Assembly: GCA_048884785.1 (NCBI GenBank)
Contig: JBHLQM010000002.1
Span: forward strand, 33,044 to 97,043
DNA from: Candidatus Thorarchaeota archaeon
GTDB lineage: Archaea > Asgardarchaeota > Thorarchaeia > Thorarchaeales > Thorarchaeaceae
DNA length: 64,000 nt
Direction of reading: 5' to 3'
Shown: positions 39,068-48,509 of the stretch, piece by piece
How the letters are laid out: the number at the start of each line of letters is the position of its first letter
Position numbering within the stretch: position 1 is the stretch's first letter
Translations under genes and position numbers: made by a program
The notes under the pieces: model-generated
The model's input: the letters and a program-made list of their open reading frames with translations, nothing else
Databases searched by the model: none
Told to the model about the DNA's origin: nothing

Positions 39068-40066
39068 ATGAGCTCAGAGCAGAATAGGCACGAGGAGCAT
39101 CAGAGGTCTGATGAGTACTGGATGGGCGTTCGTGATGCCCTAAGAATGGTTGACTCATTTATCAAATGGGCGAAAACCAACAGAGAACGGGCAAAGACCT
39201 TGGAGGAATTTCTCCACGAGGGATTAATTGCTGCTGCTAAGCGCTGTGAGAGCTGCCTCTCCAAGCAACTTGGAGTGAAATTTGCATCTGATGAGCCCCT
39301 TCCTGACATTGATTCGGTAGAGGAAACGGGGCCTTCTGAAACAGCACCTACTGAGCCAATTGAACCCGAGGAATCTCTAGAAGCAGCACCTCCAGAGATT
39401 GTCTTAGAGCCAGAGGGCAGCGAGGAATTCGAAGAGATTCCTATAGTTGTAGATATTGTGCCTGAATATGAGGCACCAAAGGATTCCTTTGATGATGCAG
39501 CTATTAGCATAGAATCAATTGGTTCCTCTGAAGGATCAATCTTAGATGAATCTCTAGATACTGGTGAGCCTCGAGAATTCAAAGATGATTTTAGCCTCTC
39601 AGAACCCGATTCATTGTTTGTTGAGCCGGTACCTGATGGAATAGACGTTACAGAATCAGAAGAAGAATCCGAATCTGATTTGGCTGATATCACAATTGAA
39701 GATGACAAAGAGGAAGAAGAGCCAATCCCGATAGAAGAAGATGAAGATGTTTTGGTGGATGACTCAGAAATCTCGCCTAGCAAAGCCGAAAGTGAACTTC
39801 CATATCCTCCGAGTTTTATTGAGCCTCCTGCACCTGAATTTCCTAAAGAAGAAGAAGCACATGACTATCCTTCTGAAAGAGCGAGAATCTGGAGTTCAAC
39901 GGATGAGCGACAACCGAGCGAGTTAATTCAGGACGAGGAGTCTGTGGATTTCAAGGATACAGAAACTGTCAAGTCGCCCCCTCCACCACCTCCCCCGCCT
40001 GTAGATGATGAGGAGAGTGAGGAAGAAAGAAGGCGGCGTGCAAGACGACTGTTCTTTGGAACCTAG
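39068..40066 (+). CDS. Acidic, disordered, proline-rich protein
   Basis: Small N-terminal helical domain with CESC, long E/D/P/S tract, P8, C-terminal EEERRRRARRLFFGT. Confidence 0.75.
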   Translation: MSSEQNRHEEHQRSDEYWMGVRDALRMVDSFIKWAKTNRERAKTLEEFLHEGLIAAAKRCESCLSKQLGVKFASDEPLPDIDSVEETGPSETAPTEPIEPEESLEAAPPEIVLEPEGSEEFEEIPIVVDIVPEYEAPKDSFDDAAISIESIGSSEGSILDESLDTGEPREFKDDFSLSEPDSLFVEPVPDGIDVTESEEESESDLADITIEDDKEEEEPIPIEEDEDVLVDDSEISPSKAESELPYPPSFIEPPAPEFPKEEEAHDYPSERARIWSSTDERQPSELIQDEESVDFKDTETVKSPPPPPPPPVDDEESEEERRRRARRLFFGT

Positions 40067-40178
40067 AGATTGATGATCTTGGGTTAGGCTATGGTCCAAA
40101 TCTCCTTTCGCCATTAATGGTTCTAGTGCTGGTCCCTCATTCGACTCACTTAAAGCCTTGTGACTACCACCTGAAACT

Positions 40179-41009
40179 ATGGACCAATTGTCATATGTTT
40201 CCGTGGCGATAAAGCGAACTCCAAAGGAGGCACTATCAACAGCTCTCTCAAAATTGCCTGTTCCTCTTTCAATATCGCCGGATGTGAAAAGAATTGTTTT
40301 GAAGCCGTCAATCTATGATCCAGAGCTTCCAGGAAACACTTCTTTCGATATGATGAGTGCAGTAGTTGACTTCTTCAAACAAGTCTCTCCAATCAGCATT
40401 GTTGAAAGCGACAATCCTGTTAGAACTGCTGAAGAAGCATATTCGAAATGCGGATACAAGGCGTTTCTGGAACAAGGAGTGGAATTGGTCAATCTCTCAA
40501 GTGCTACGGGAGGAATCCCCTTTGGAGGTATTCTCGAAAACGAATTGGTCCCGCCTATACTAGGCGCTAATAGATATCTGATCAATGTTGCAGCCCTAAA
40601 ACATTCAGATTCTACTCACATAGGAGCTGGTATCAAAAACCTATTTGGTTTAATCTCACGGAGAGATAAGGACCAATATCATAGTAGATTGGCGGATGTC
40701 CTAGTTTTATTACTACAGAAACTCCCTCCTGTTTTATCGATAGTCGACCTCACCAGGTATGTTGTTGGTGATCGAAGAAATGCTCAGGTGCATGAAGTAG
40801 GCGGAGTTGTAATAGGCACTGATGCCCTAGCAGTTGATTCGTATTGCTGTGAGCTTCTAGATATTGATCCATTGGAAGTTGATTATATCCAAAAAGCCTA
40901 TAGATTAGGGTTAGGGGAAGCCCTCTTGGAGCGAATCAGAGTGCTCGGAACGGAGCACCAAATTGAGAAACTCAAAACAATCTTTAGAAATATCCCTGTC
41001 CGCAAGTGA
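40179..41009 (+). CDS. DUF362-family protein
   Basis: IVLKP, INVAALKH, GIKNLFGL, IGTDALAVDS. Confidence 0.8.
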   Translation: MDQLSYVSVAIKRTPKEALSTALSKLPVPLSISPDVKRIVLKPSIYDPELPGNTSFDMMSAVVDFFKQVSPISIVESDNPVRTAEEAYSKCGYKAFLEQGVELVNLSSATGGIPFGGILENELVPPILGANRYLINVAALKHSDSTHIGAGIKNLFGLISRRDKDQYHSRLADVLVLLLQKLPPVLSIVDLTRYVVGDRRNAQVHEVGGVVIGTDALAVDSYCCELLDIDPLEVDYIQKAYRLGLGEALLERIRVLGTEHQIEKLKTIFRNIPVRK

Positions 41010-41080
41010 TATATTTAGAATGTTCGTGTGGAGCTCTCCCTGTCAACAGGGTATAATCCTTAAAGCAGGGTGCTGACAAA

Positions 41081-42247
41081 ATGGATTGGACATCACATCA
41101 TATGGAGGTAATTCCTCCCTCTGGCACACTTAGGTTATTTGATATTGCAAAGAGGATGGAGCGTGAGGGCAAAAAGGTCTACCACTTCGAAGTAGGCGAG
41201 CCAGATTTTCAGACACCTTTGCATATCATCGATGCGGCTATTGAGGCATTGAAACAGGGGAAAACCGGATACACTTCTTCGAGAGGGATTCCTGAACTCC
41301 TTCATGCCATTCAGCGACGGTATGCCAAGAGGCATATAGCAATAAATGGGTCAACTGATGTAATTGTTACTCCTGGGGCAAAGATGGCCCTATTTCAAGG
41401 AATCTTATCAGTTATAGACCAAGGAGATGACGTTTTGCTTCTGAGTCCAGCTTGGCCAACCTATAAGGTCATGATTCGAAACGCCGGAGGGAAACCTGTT
41501 GACGTTCCCACGAACCCAGGCTATGTCCTTAATGAGGAGGCCCTGAAAGGGCGTATGGGAAAAGAAGTATCGGCTTTAGTAATAAACTCCCCCAATAATC
41601 CAACTGGAGGAGTTCTGACCAAAGACCAGCTAAAATTCATCTATGATTTAGCAAGTGATCATAACTTCATGGTCTTCAGTGATGAGATTTATGAAGAATT
41701 GGTGTATGATGGATTCCGGCAGTCGTCTATGCTGGAAGTTGATCCTAGTATGGAAAGGACGCTTGTGATTAGCGGGTTTTCTAAGTCCTATGCAATGACA
41801 GGTTGGCGTCTTGGATATGCTATCGCCGCTCCCTCTGTAATTGAAAACATGGTTCGAGTTCAACAGAATACAACATCGTGCGCCACGTCCTTTGTTCAAT
41901 ATGCAGGGGTTGAGGCGCTTGAAGGCGATCAATCTCAAATTGAAAAGATGCGCAAATCCTATGAAGAAAGACGTAATCTTATTCTTAAATTACTCTCCGA
42001 AATTGATGGATTGGAGTGTTTGAATCCAATGGGTGCATTCTATGTTTTTCCTAATTTTCGAGAGTATGGTCTGAGCAGCTCGACTTTAGCTGAATTGCTA
42101 CTGAAAAAGACTGGAGTATCATCAATACCTGGTTTATCCTTTGGGGATCCCTTTGATCAGCATCTACGATTCTCCTATGCGGCATCAGCTCATGATATTC
42201 AAGATGGTATGACTAGAATGAAGGAATTTCTTCCGACAATTCGGTAG
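41081..42247 (+). CDS. Class I/II PLP aminotransferase (aspartate aminotransferase-like)
   Basis: GEPDF, NSPNNPTG, SDEIY, SGFSKSYAMTGWRLG. Confidence 0.95.
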   Translation: MDWTSHHMEVIPPSGTLRLFDIAKRMEREGKKVYHFEVGEPDFQTPLHIIDAAIEALKQGKTGYTSSRGIPELLHAIQRRYAKRHIAINGSTDVIVTPGAKMALFQGILSVIDQGDDVLLLSPAWPTYKVMIRNAGGKPVDVPTNPGYVLNEEALKGRMGKEVSALVINSPNNPTGGVLTKDQLKFIYDLASDHNFMVFSDEIYEELVYDGFRQSSMLEVDPSMERTLVISGFSKSYAMTGWRLGYAIAAPSVIENMVRVQQNTTSCATSFVQYAGVEALEGDQSQIEKMRKSYEERRNLILKLLSEIDGLECLNPMGAFYVFPNFREYGLSSSTLAELLLKKTGVSSIPGLSFGDPFDQHLRFSYAASAHDIQDGMTRMKEFLPTIR

Positions 42248-42255
42248 GTGATTGC

Positions 42256-42840
42256 TTGGTCGTGAATCCACTGGATGTGCGATTCAAGTGTACAATGTGT
42301 GGTGCTTGCTGCAAGCATACCAGTTTGGTTGTGACACTTACAGGACGAGACATTGTTCGAATAGCGAGAGCTATTGAATTTGATAGCAGCCAAATCCTAA
42401 AGATCATCGACTTCTATTTGCCAAAGAAGAGAGATGCTCTTCCTCAAGGTCTGAAACATATTCCTAGAGTATTAACAGAGAAAGGTCCTGCAATCATAGC
42501 TTTGAAAAAGAGAGAATCCGGAGCTTGTGTCTTTCTGACTGCTGACAATCTGTGCGCTATTCATCAGTTTCGACCTGGAGCTTGTGCTTCTTTTCCGTTT
42601 GTTTTCAAAGAGTCTAATGGCGATATCATGTGGGGCTTTAGTGCGATGAAAGAGATATGCCCTGGCATTGGAGATGGTCCAAAAATATCGGAACCGGAAT
42701 TGCATGATATAGCTAGAGATGTCCTTGAGGATCTCCAAATCTATGGTGATTTCACTAGCGATTGGAATTCTCTTGATTCTGAACATGATGTGAATATGCT
42801 GCTAGAAAGCATTCTTTCAGACATACGATTCAATGTGTGA
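42256..42840 (+). CDS. YkgJ-family cysteine-cluster (CxxCxxCC) protein
   Basis: FKCTMCGACC, CVFL, CAIHQFRPGACASFPF, CPG. Confidence 0.85.
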   Translation: MVVNPLDVRFKCTMCGACCKHTSLVVTLTGRDIVRIARAIEFDSSQILKIIDFYLPKKRDALPQGLKHIPRVLTEKGPAIIALKKRESGACVFLTADNLCAIHQFRPGACASFPFVFKESNGDIMWGFSAMKEICPGIGDGPKISEPELHDIARDVLEDLQIYGDFTSDWNSLDSEHDVNMLLESILSDIRFNV

Positions 42841-42887
42841 AAAGACTTATTCACGAGGTCATTCTGAAAAAGCCCGGGATTTGCACC

Positions 42888-43835
42888 TTGAAACGTGTAC
42901 TCATTACAGGCGGAGCCGGTTTCATCGGAAGTCATCTCGTGGATGCAATGATAAGATCACATGAGGTGTGTGTTCTTGACGACTTATCTGAAGGGTCCAT
43001 AGAGAATATCGAGAGCCATCTAGATAATGAACAACTCACGTTTGTAAAGGGCTCGATACTCTCCGTTGATGATGTTATGACGGCCTTGGAGAATGTTGAT
43101 ACTGTTTTTCATTTTGCAGCACAACCGGACGTACGTGTTAGCACAGAAAAGCCCTACTTCGATTTCCAAGTCAATGTAATCGGAAGCATGAACCTTCTAG
43201 AGGCTGTACGTTCAACTGGAATCAGAAGATTCGTTTTTGCTTCTTCCGGGGGTACAGTCTATGGAGAATCACAAGTACATCCAACGCCCGAATCGACATG
43301 TTTCCGACCAATTAGCAATTATGGCGCTGGAAAAGGTGCCTTTGAAATGTATCTTTCGTCATATTCCGAGCTATATGGAATTGACTCAGTAAGTATGCGT
43401 TTAGCCAATATTATTGGCCCCAGATCAAGACATGGCATCATCTATGACTTTTTCATGAAACTGAAAAATGATGCATCATCACTAGAGGTGCTGGGCAACG
43501 GGTCCCAAGAGAAGACCTATATGTATGTTACAGATACGGTCGCAGCGGCCATTCTTCTGGCTAACAATATTGGTAGGGGATTTCTGCCTATCAATGTAGG
43601 ATCCAGTGAGCGTCTGAGAGTTTCAAAGATTGCCCAATTGGTATTAGTGTACCTCGGCCTGCCTGATACAAAAATAAACTACACTGGCACTGCTCGTGGG
43701 TGGGTTGGTGACATCTCTCTGACTGATATGGATAATAAATTATTGAGATCCTATGGATGGGAGCAAAGAACACCTCTCGAGGAGGGTGTAAAACTCTACG
43801 TGGACTGGCTAAAGGAAACCTTTGGATTTCCATGA
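42888..43835 (+). CDS. NAD-dependent epimerase/dehydratase (GalE-like)
   Basis: ITGGAGFIGSH, YGAGK; TTG 42888 preferred start. Confidence 0.9.
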   Translation: MKRVLITGGAGFIGSHLVDAMIRSHEVCVLDDLSEGSIENIESHLDNEQLTFVKGSILSVDDVMTALENVDTVFHFAAQPDVRVSTEKPYFDFQVNVIGSMNLLEAVRSTGIRRFVFASSGGTVYGESQVHPTPESTCFRPISNYGAGKGAFEMYLSSYSELYGIDSVSMRLANIIGPRSRHGIIYDFFMKLKNDASSLEVLGNGSQEKTYMYVTDTVAAAILLANNIGRGFLPINVGSSERLRVSKIAQLVLVYLGLPDTKINYTGTARGWVGDISLTDMDNKLLRSYGWEQRTPLEEGVKLYVDWLKETFGFP

Positions 43836-43848
43836 AATTACTGCTTTT

Positions 43849-44823
43849 TCAGAGCTTGCTGAGAATCTGTAGGATATTTCCAAAGTTGTGTTCTACAGTT
43901 CTTGACTTAGAGGCATATGACGCGAGATGAGTCAAGCGCTCATCTGTTTTAGCAATTTCACAGAATTCACTTGACCTAATTATCGCATGGATTTTTTCAT
44001 TTGTCTGAAGGATTTCTGCTGAAGAGCTTAAAACATATTGCAGCATTTTTATCATTAGGTGAAAGTCTGCTATATCTCGAAGTTGTAGCGTTTGACTATA
44101 GAATTGAAATTCCAATCGAGCTAGCTTCTCTCTTAAAAACACAAGATCCAACAGCCACTGATCGCTTTCTGATGCTTTTAGTTCCTTATGCAAATCTGCG
44201 TATCTGTTCTGCTGATCAAGAAGCTGGACCAGGTATTCGCGTAGGAATGAGAAGTGGTCCACTCCTTCGTCAATTTGCTCTTCAGTCCCGATAGGATGCA
44301 TCATTTCATCCATTTGGCTATGTTTGACGGCAATCATTAGTGAGAATTTGTCAACATACCTCTTTACTTCATCTGTCTTTTCTTTCTTTGACATAAGATC
44401 TGCGAAGGTATCTCCAAGAGTCAGTATGAATTTGTAGAGGCACTCACTGCATATCTCAGCACTAGCCGTTAGGTCCTTCGTAGACAGGAATTGGAGAGCA
44501 TCCTCCAGGTCGTTTCCTGGTACATCCTTTCCGTGTATTCGCAATGCCCATCCCTGTGAGATACAATAGACTCTGTTATCTGGATAGTTGACATAGATTG
44601 CAGCATAACAGATGTTCCCTTCCTGAGCTCTTTCATCCTCCATGCTATCTTTGTCTGGATGAAAGGCGAATAGCGAAGGGTCTAAATCAATAACATCAAC
44701 TTCTAGGACATTGTCATCGTTGACGCAAAGATTCTCATCCCCAAATACCTTGTAGCATGGACACCCACGTACCACTTTGATGGATGCATCACCAATTTCA
44801 CTCTTGCTTCCTAGCACATCCAT
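43849..44823 (-). CDS. Hypothetical Cys-motif protein, paralog of 44901..45872
   Basis: VRGCPCYKVFGDENLCVN...YCISQ...CSECLYK. Confidence 0.8.
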   Translation of the reverse strand: MDVLGSKSEIGDASIKVVRGCPCYKVFGDENLCVNDDNVLEVDVIDLDPSLFAFHPDKDSMEDERAQEGNICYAAIYVNYPDNRVYCISQGWALRIHGKDVPGNDLEDALQFLSTKDLTASAEICSECLYKFILTLGDTFADLMSKKEKTDEVKRYVDKFSLMIAVKHSQMDEMMHPIGTEEQIDEGVDHFSFLREYLVQLLDQQNRYADLHKELKASESDQWLLDLVFLREKLARLEFQFYSQTLQLRDIADFHLMIKMLQYVLSSSAEILQTNEKIHAIIRSSEFCEIAKTDERLTHLASYASKSRTVEHNFGNILQILSKL

Positions 44824-44900
44824 ATCAGGGGGTCTCCAAGCGTTGCGTTTGTTTGAATAAACCAGTATGAATGATTCATCTTAGACTGTTATATCGGTTT

Positions 44901-45872
44901 TTATGAAGGCCTATTGCTGATTTGAGCGATTAGAGTCGCCAAATTTCGCAATCTTTGCTCTGCTTTTATCCGATTTTCTTCCTTTTGCTCCATTGCTTCC
45001 CCAAGATCTATGGACGCTTCTCCTTGGCCTATCAATCTCTGGCGTATTGAACGAATGTCATCATGAGTCTGAAGAATCCGTTTTGCAGTATCAAGCATCA
45101 ATTTCAGAAGTGTTATAGCTGTAAGCTCGTCCTCTGCCTGATTCAGAGATAGGACCTGAAAAAGGAAGATAGAATCAAGCTTGTATAGATTCGTGTGAGC
45201 AGATACCAATGACGAAAGAATCACATTTGCTTCTGGTGACTGCGTCAGATGTATAATATTGCCAAGGTTCTCTCTTTCCTTTGATATCTCCTTAATTCTT
45301 ACCTCAATTATCTCATCATTTGTGAGGTGAGCATTGGCATACCGCTGAATTACATTTTCACTCAGCTCGCTGGCAATCTTATTCACGAGTTCTTTCGAAT
45401 ACTGCAGAATCAATTCACTCTTTTCTTGGTCCGAGAGGAAATTTTCAAAGAGGTTAGTTAGAGTAATCAGATACTTGTAGAGACAGGATGAGCAGACTGC
45501 CTCATTGCTAGTATTGCTTGATATTAATGCGAAGTCCAATGCTTCTTCTACATGTGCTGCACTGACCGGCTTCGCGTTGATTTGAATCATCTTTGATTGA
45601 CTCACACAATATGTTGTGTCTTCTTCCATATCCAAGTTGATGAGTGTGTAGCAGAGATCTTCCCTATCACTCTTAAATTGACTCAAGTCATCGACTGAAC
45701 AGAGTTGCGCGAAGAATGTTGGGTCAATGCTCATGGTCTTTATCGGAAGGACATCATCCCCATTAATGCACACTCTTTCATTTCCAAACTCTTTCATGCA
45801 GGGGCATCCTCTGACCAGTCGAATTCGTTGGTCGTGGTCTCCCGTGATTACCGAAGAGTCTGGGATCATCAA
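44901..45872 (-). CDS. Hypothetical Cys-motif protein, paralog of 43849..44823
   Basis: VRGCPCMKEFGNERVCIN...YCVSQ...CSSCLYK. Confidence 0.8.
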   Translation of the reverse strand: MMIPDSSVITGDHDQRIRLVRGCPCMKEFGNERVCINGDDVLPIKTMSIDPTFFAQLCSVDDLSQFKSDREDLCYTLINLDMEEDTTYCVSQSKMIQINAKPVSAAHVEEALDFALISSNTSNEAVCSSCLYKYLITLTNLFENFLSDQEKSELILQYSKELVNKIASELSENVIQRYANAHLTNDEIIEVRIKEISKERENLGNIIHLTQSPEANVILSSLVSAHTNLYKLDSIFLFQVLSLNQAEDELTAITLLKLMLDTAKRILQTHDDIRSIRQRLIGQGEASIDLGEAMEQKEENRIKAEQRLRNLATLIAQISNRPS

Positions 45873-46011
45873 TGCAACCCTAGAGCTATAGATGTGCCTA
45901 AATTGACTATCAAGATGACGGGGGTAGGCACCTAATCATTTGGCTCAAAGAGCATTGATTAAGCTATCTTGCACATGTAGCTCGGGTTGAGAAACCGAGT
46001 TCGGCTTCTCA

Positions 46012-46152
46012 CTAACCCCAGAGCTCTCTCTTGAGTAAGTCCCTTATCGCAATCCTGATAGCCTCGGATCTATTGGGATACAAATTGCTCTCAACAAGTT
46101 TCTCAAGCCCATCTATGTACGTTTCCGGGACATGCAGTGTAACCAGCTTCAT
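46012..46152 (-). CDS. Ribbon-helix-helix (CopG/MetJ) regulator, CdrS-like, 46 aa
   Basis: Below ORF-track cutoff; MKLVTLHVPETYIDGLEKLVESNLYPNRSEAIRIAIRDLLKRELWG; GGTGA SD 7 nt upstream. Confidence 0.88.
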   Translation of the reverse strand: MKLVTLHVPETYIDGLEKLVESNLYPNRSEAIRIAIRDLLKRELWG

Positions 46153-46190
46153 TCGTTTTTCACCAACATATCTCTCTCATAGGCGGATAT

Positions 46191-46280
46191 TATTACCCTA
46201 CAACCTATGGCGGTATTCACCTGATTATTACCCACGTCATACATACATATGATACTGAGTATTACTCACTCAGTATTCAC
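46191..46280. promoter_or_regulatory. Direct repeats TATTACYC and 9-bp inverted repeat between divergent RHH and acd genes
   Basis: Copies at 46191, 46226, 46260; ATACTGAGT-N7-ACTCAGTAT at 46252-46276. Confidence 0.5.
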
Positions 46281-46388
46281 TCTTTGATTTTCGGATTAGT
46301 TTGGTCGTAATTTGCAGCCGTTACGATAGAAGTTAAAACTGAAATGATTCGAGGACCTCCTCAGTTCTTCAAAAGGTCGTGCGGCAAA

Positions 46389-48509
46389 GTGGATAGACAA
46401 GCAGGAATTGATGTTTTGTTCACACCAAAATCAATCGCTGTGATTGGCGCATCATCGACAAAAGGAAAGCTTGGTAATGACGTCATAAGGAATCTCATTG
46501 ACAGCGGTTATGAAGGCCGTATATACCCTGTCAATCCTAAAGGTGGAGAGATACTCGGGAAAAAGGTGTTCAAGTCGGTAGCTGATATATCTGGGGCTAT
46601 CGATGTCGCAGTAATAGTCATACCTGCGAAATATGTTCTGGAAGCCGTAGTAGACTGCGGGAAGAAGGGTGTAAGAGCTCTGGTGATAATTACTGCAGGT
46701 TTCAAAGAAGTCGGGCATGAAGGACAGAGTCTTGAACAAAAGATCATTGAACTTGCCGAGAAATACAACATGGTCGTGCAAGGCCCAAACTGCCTAGGTA
46801 TTATCAACACACATGCTCCCTATAATGCATCATTCTCTTCTGGCACACCATCCAAAGGTACCATTGCTTTTGCGTCACAGTCTGGTGCCTTAATGACCGG
46901 TATCCTAGATTGGAGTCTCATGGAGAAAATTGGGTTTTCAAAATTTGTGAGTCTTGGGAACAAGGCTCAGCTAGATGAAGCAGATTTCATAGAAGCCTTT
47001 GGTAGAGACCCTGATTCAACATTCATACTGTTATACATCGAATCAGTAGTTGATGGACCCAAGTTCATGAAAGCATGCAGGAATGTAGTGCAGCATAAGC
47101 CCATTTTTGTTGTAAAATCTGGAGTCAGCGCTGCAGGTGCTAGAGCCGCATCTTCACATACTGGGTCTCTTGCTGGAAGTGATATGGCATACGATGTTGC
47201 ATTTAGACAAAGTGGAGTAAGCCGAGCAAAAAGCATGGCTGCACTTTTTGATGTGGCCAATGTCTTTGATGATATGCATTTGCCGGCAGGAAACAGAGTC
47301 GCTATTGTTACGAATGCTGGAGGGCCTGGTATCATCACAACCGATGCATGCGAGGCCAATGGACTACAAGTGGCAACTCTGAGTCCAGCAACTGCCGAGC
47401 ATTTGAGAATGAATCTCCCTCCTGCAGCCTCGGTGTATAATCCGATTGATGCTCTTGGTACTGCATCTCCTGAAGACTATGCACTATGTATTGATGCAGC
47501 ATTTAGGGATGAGAATATTGATTCCATACTTGTCCTATTAACTCCTCAAGCCATGACTGATGAAACAGAAACTGCAAGAGTCATTGTAGAGGCTCATGCC
47601 AAGTATCCCAATAAACCAATAATCGCCGTATTTATGGGTGGCAACTCAATGGTCTATCCTAGAATTCTGCTAAATGAAGGTGGTGTCCCAATCTTTGATT
47701 TTCCCGAGAGGGCCGTCCACGCGCTTGCTGAACTCTACAAGTATACTGTTATCAGAGACAAGTTGTCAGATGAAGCGGTTCCTAAATTCAAGGTTGATAA
47801 GAAGAAGGTCGAGGATATTATCAAGAGGGTGCGAGAAGATGGGCGTCGTATTCTTTTGGGCAGTGAGGCTCATGCAATAGCTGAGGCATACAACATTCCA
47901 GTAGCTAAAATCAGACTTGCTACAAGCTCTGAAGAAGCCAAAAATCTGGCTAATGAACTTGGGTATCCCGTGGTCATGAAAATATCTAGTCCAGATATTG
48001 TGCATAAAACCGACATTGGGGGCATAAAGATTGGCCTCAAAACGCCTGAAGAAGTAGAATCAGCATTTGTTGAGATATTGGATAATGCAAGAAGGCATGT
48101 CCCTAAAGCAATGATCTATGGTGTTGATATTCAGGAGATGGCAGAGAAGGGAAAGGAGCTAATTATTGGTTGCTCACGAGACATCCAGTTTGGTCCTCTA
48201 ATTATGTTTGGTGCAGGAGGTATCTATGTGAATTACCTAAAAGATGTATCATTTCGTCTTGCGCCCATGACTCGTCAAGATGCCGCAGAGCTAGTTATGG
48301 AAACAAAAATCGGAACAATGCTTCAAGGCGTGAGAGGAGAGCTGCCAAGCGATATACCAATGATTGAGGATGCCATTCTCAGGATAAGTCAACTTGTAAC
48401 AGATTTCAAGGAAATTGTGGAATTGGATATAAATCCTGCATTTGCTTATGTGAAAGGGAAAGGCGTATCTGCTGTAGATGTGAAGATTACAATAGGAGGA
48501 GAAACCTAG
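46389..48509 (+). CDS. acd: Acetate--CoA ligase (ADP-forming), fused alpha-beta
   Basis: PKSIAVIGAS, GPNCLG, SQSGA, SHTGSLAG, NAGGPG, HKTDIGG, ELDINP. Confidence 0.93.
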   Translation: MDRQAGIDVLFTPKSIAVIGASSTKGKLGNDVIRNLIDSGYEGRIYPVNPKGGEILGKKVFKSVADISGAIDVAVIVIPAKYVLEAVVDCGKKGVRALVIITAGFKEVGHEGQSLEQKIIELAEKYNMVVQGPNCLGIINTHAPYNASFSSGTPSKGTIAFASQSGALMTGILDWSLMEKIGFSKFVSLGNKAQLDEADFIEAFGRDPDSTFILLYIESVVDGPKFMKACRNVVQHKPIFVVKSGVSAAGARAASSHTGSLAGSDMAYDVAFRQSGVSRAKSMAALFDVANVFDDMHLPAGNRVAIVTNAGGPGIITTDACEANGLQVATLSPATAEHLRMNLPPAASVYNPIDALGTASPEDYALCIDAAFRDENIDSILVLLTPQAMTDETETARVIVEAHAKYPNKPIIAVFMGGNSMVYPRILLNEGGVPIFDFPERAVHALAELYKYTVIRDKLSDEAVPKFKVDKKKVEDIIKRVREDGRRILLGSEAHAIAEAYNIPVAKIRLATSSEEAKNLANELGYPVVMKISSPDIVHKTDIGGIKIGLKTPEEVESAFVEILDNARRHVPKAMIYGVDIQEMAEKGKELIIGCSRDIQFGPLIMFGAGGIYVNYLKDVSFRLAPMTRQDAAELVMETKIGTMLQGVRGELPSDIPMIEDAILRISQLVTDFKEIVELDINPAFAYVKGKGVSAVDVKITIGGET

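Noticed and set aside
39100-39783. Long antisense ORFs (also 31544..32041, 61719..62342, 22896..23456 and most short track ORFs)
   Set aside because: Ser-rich shadows of well-supported genes on the opposite strand
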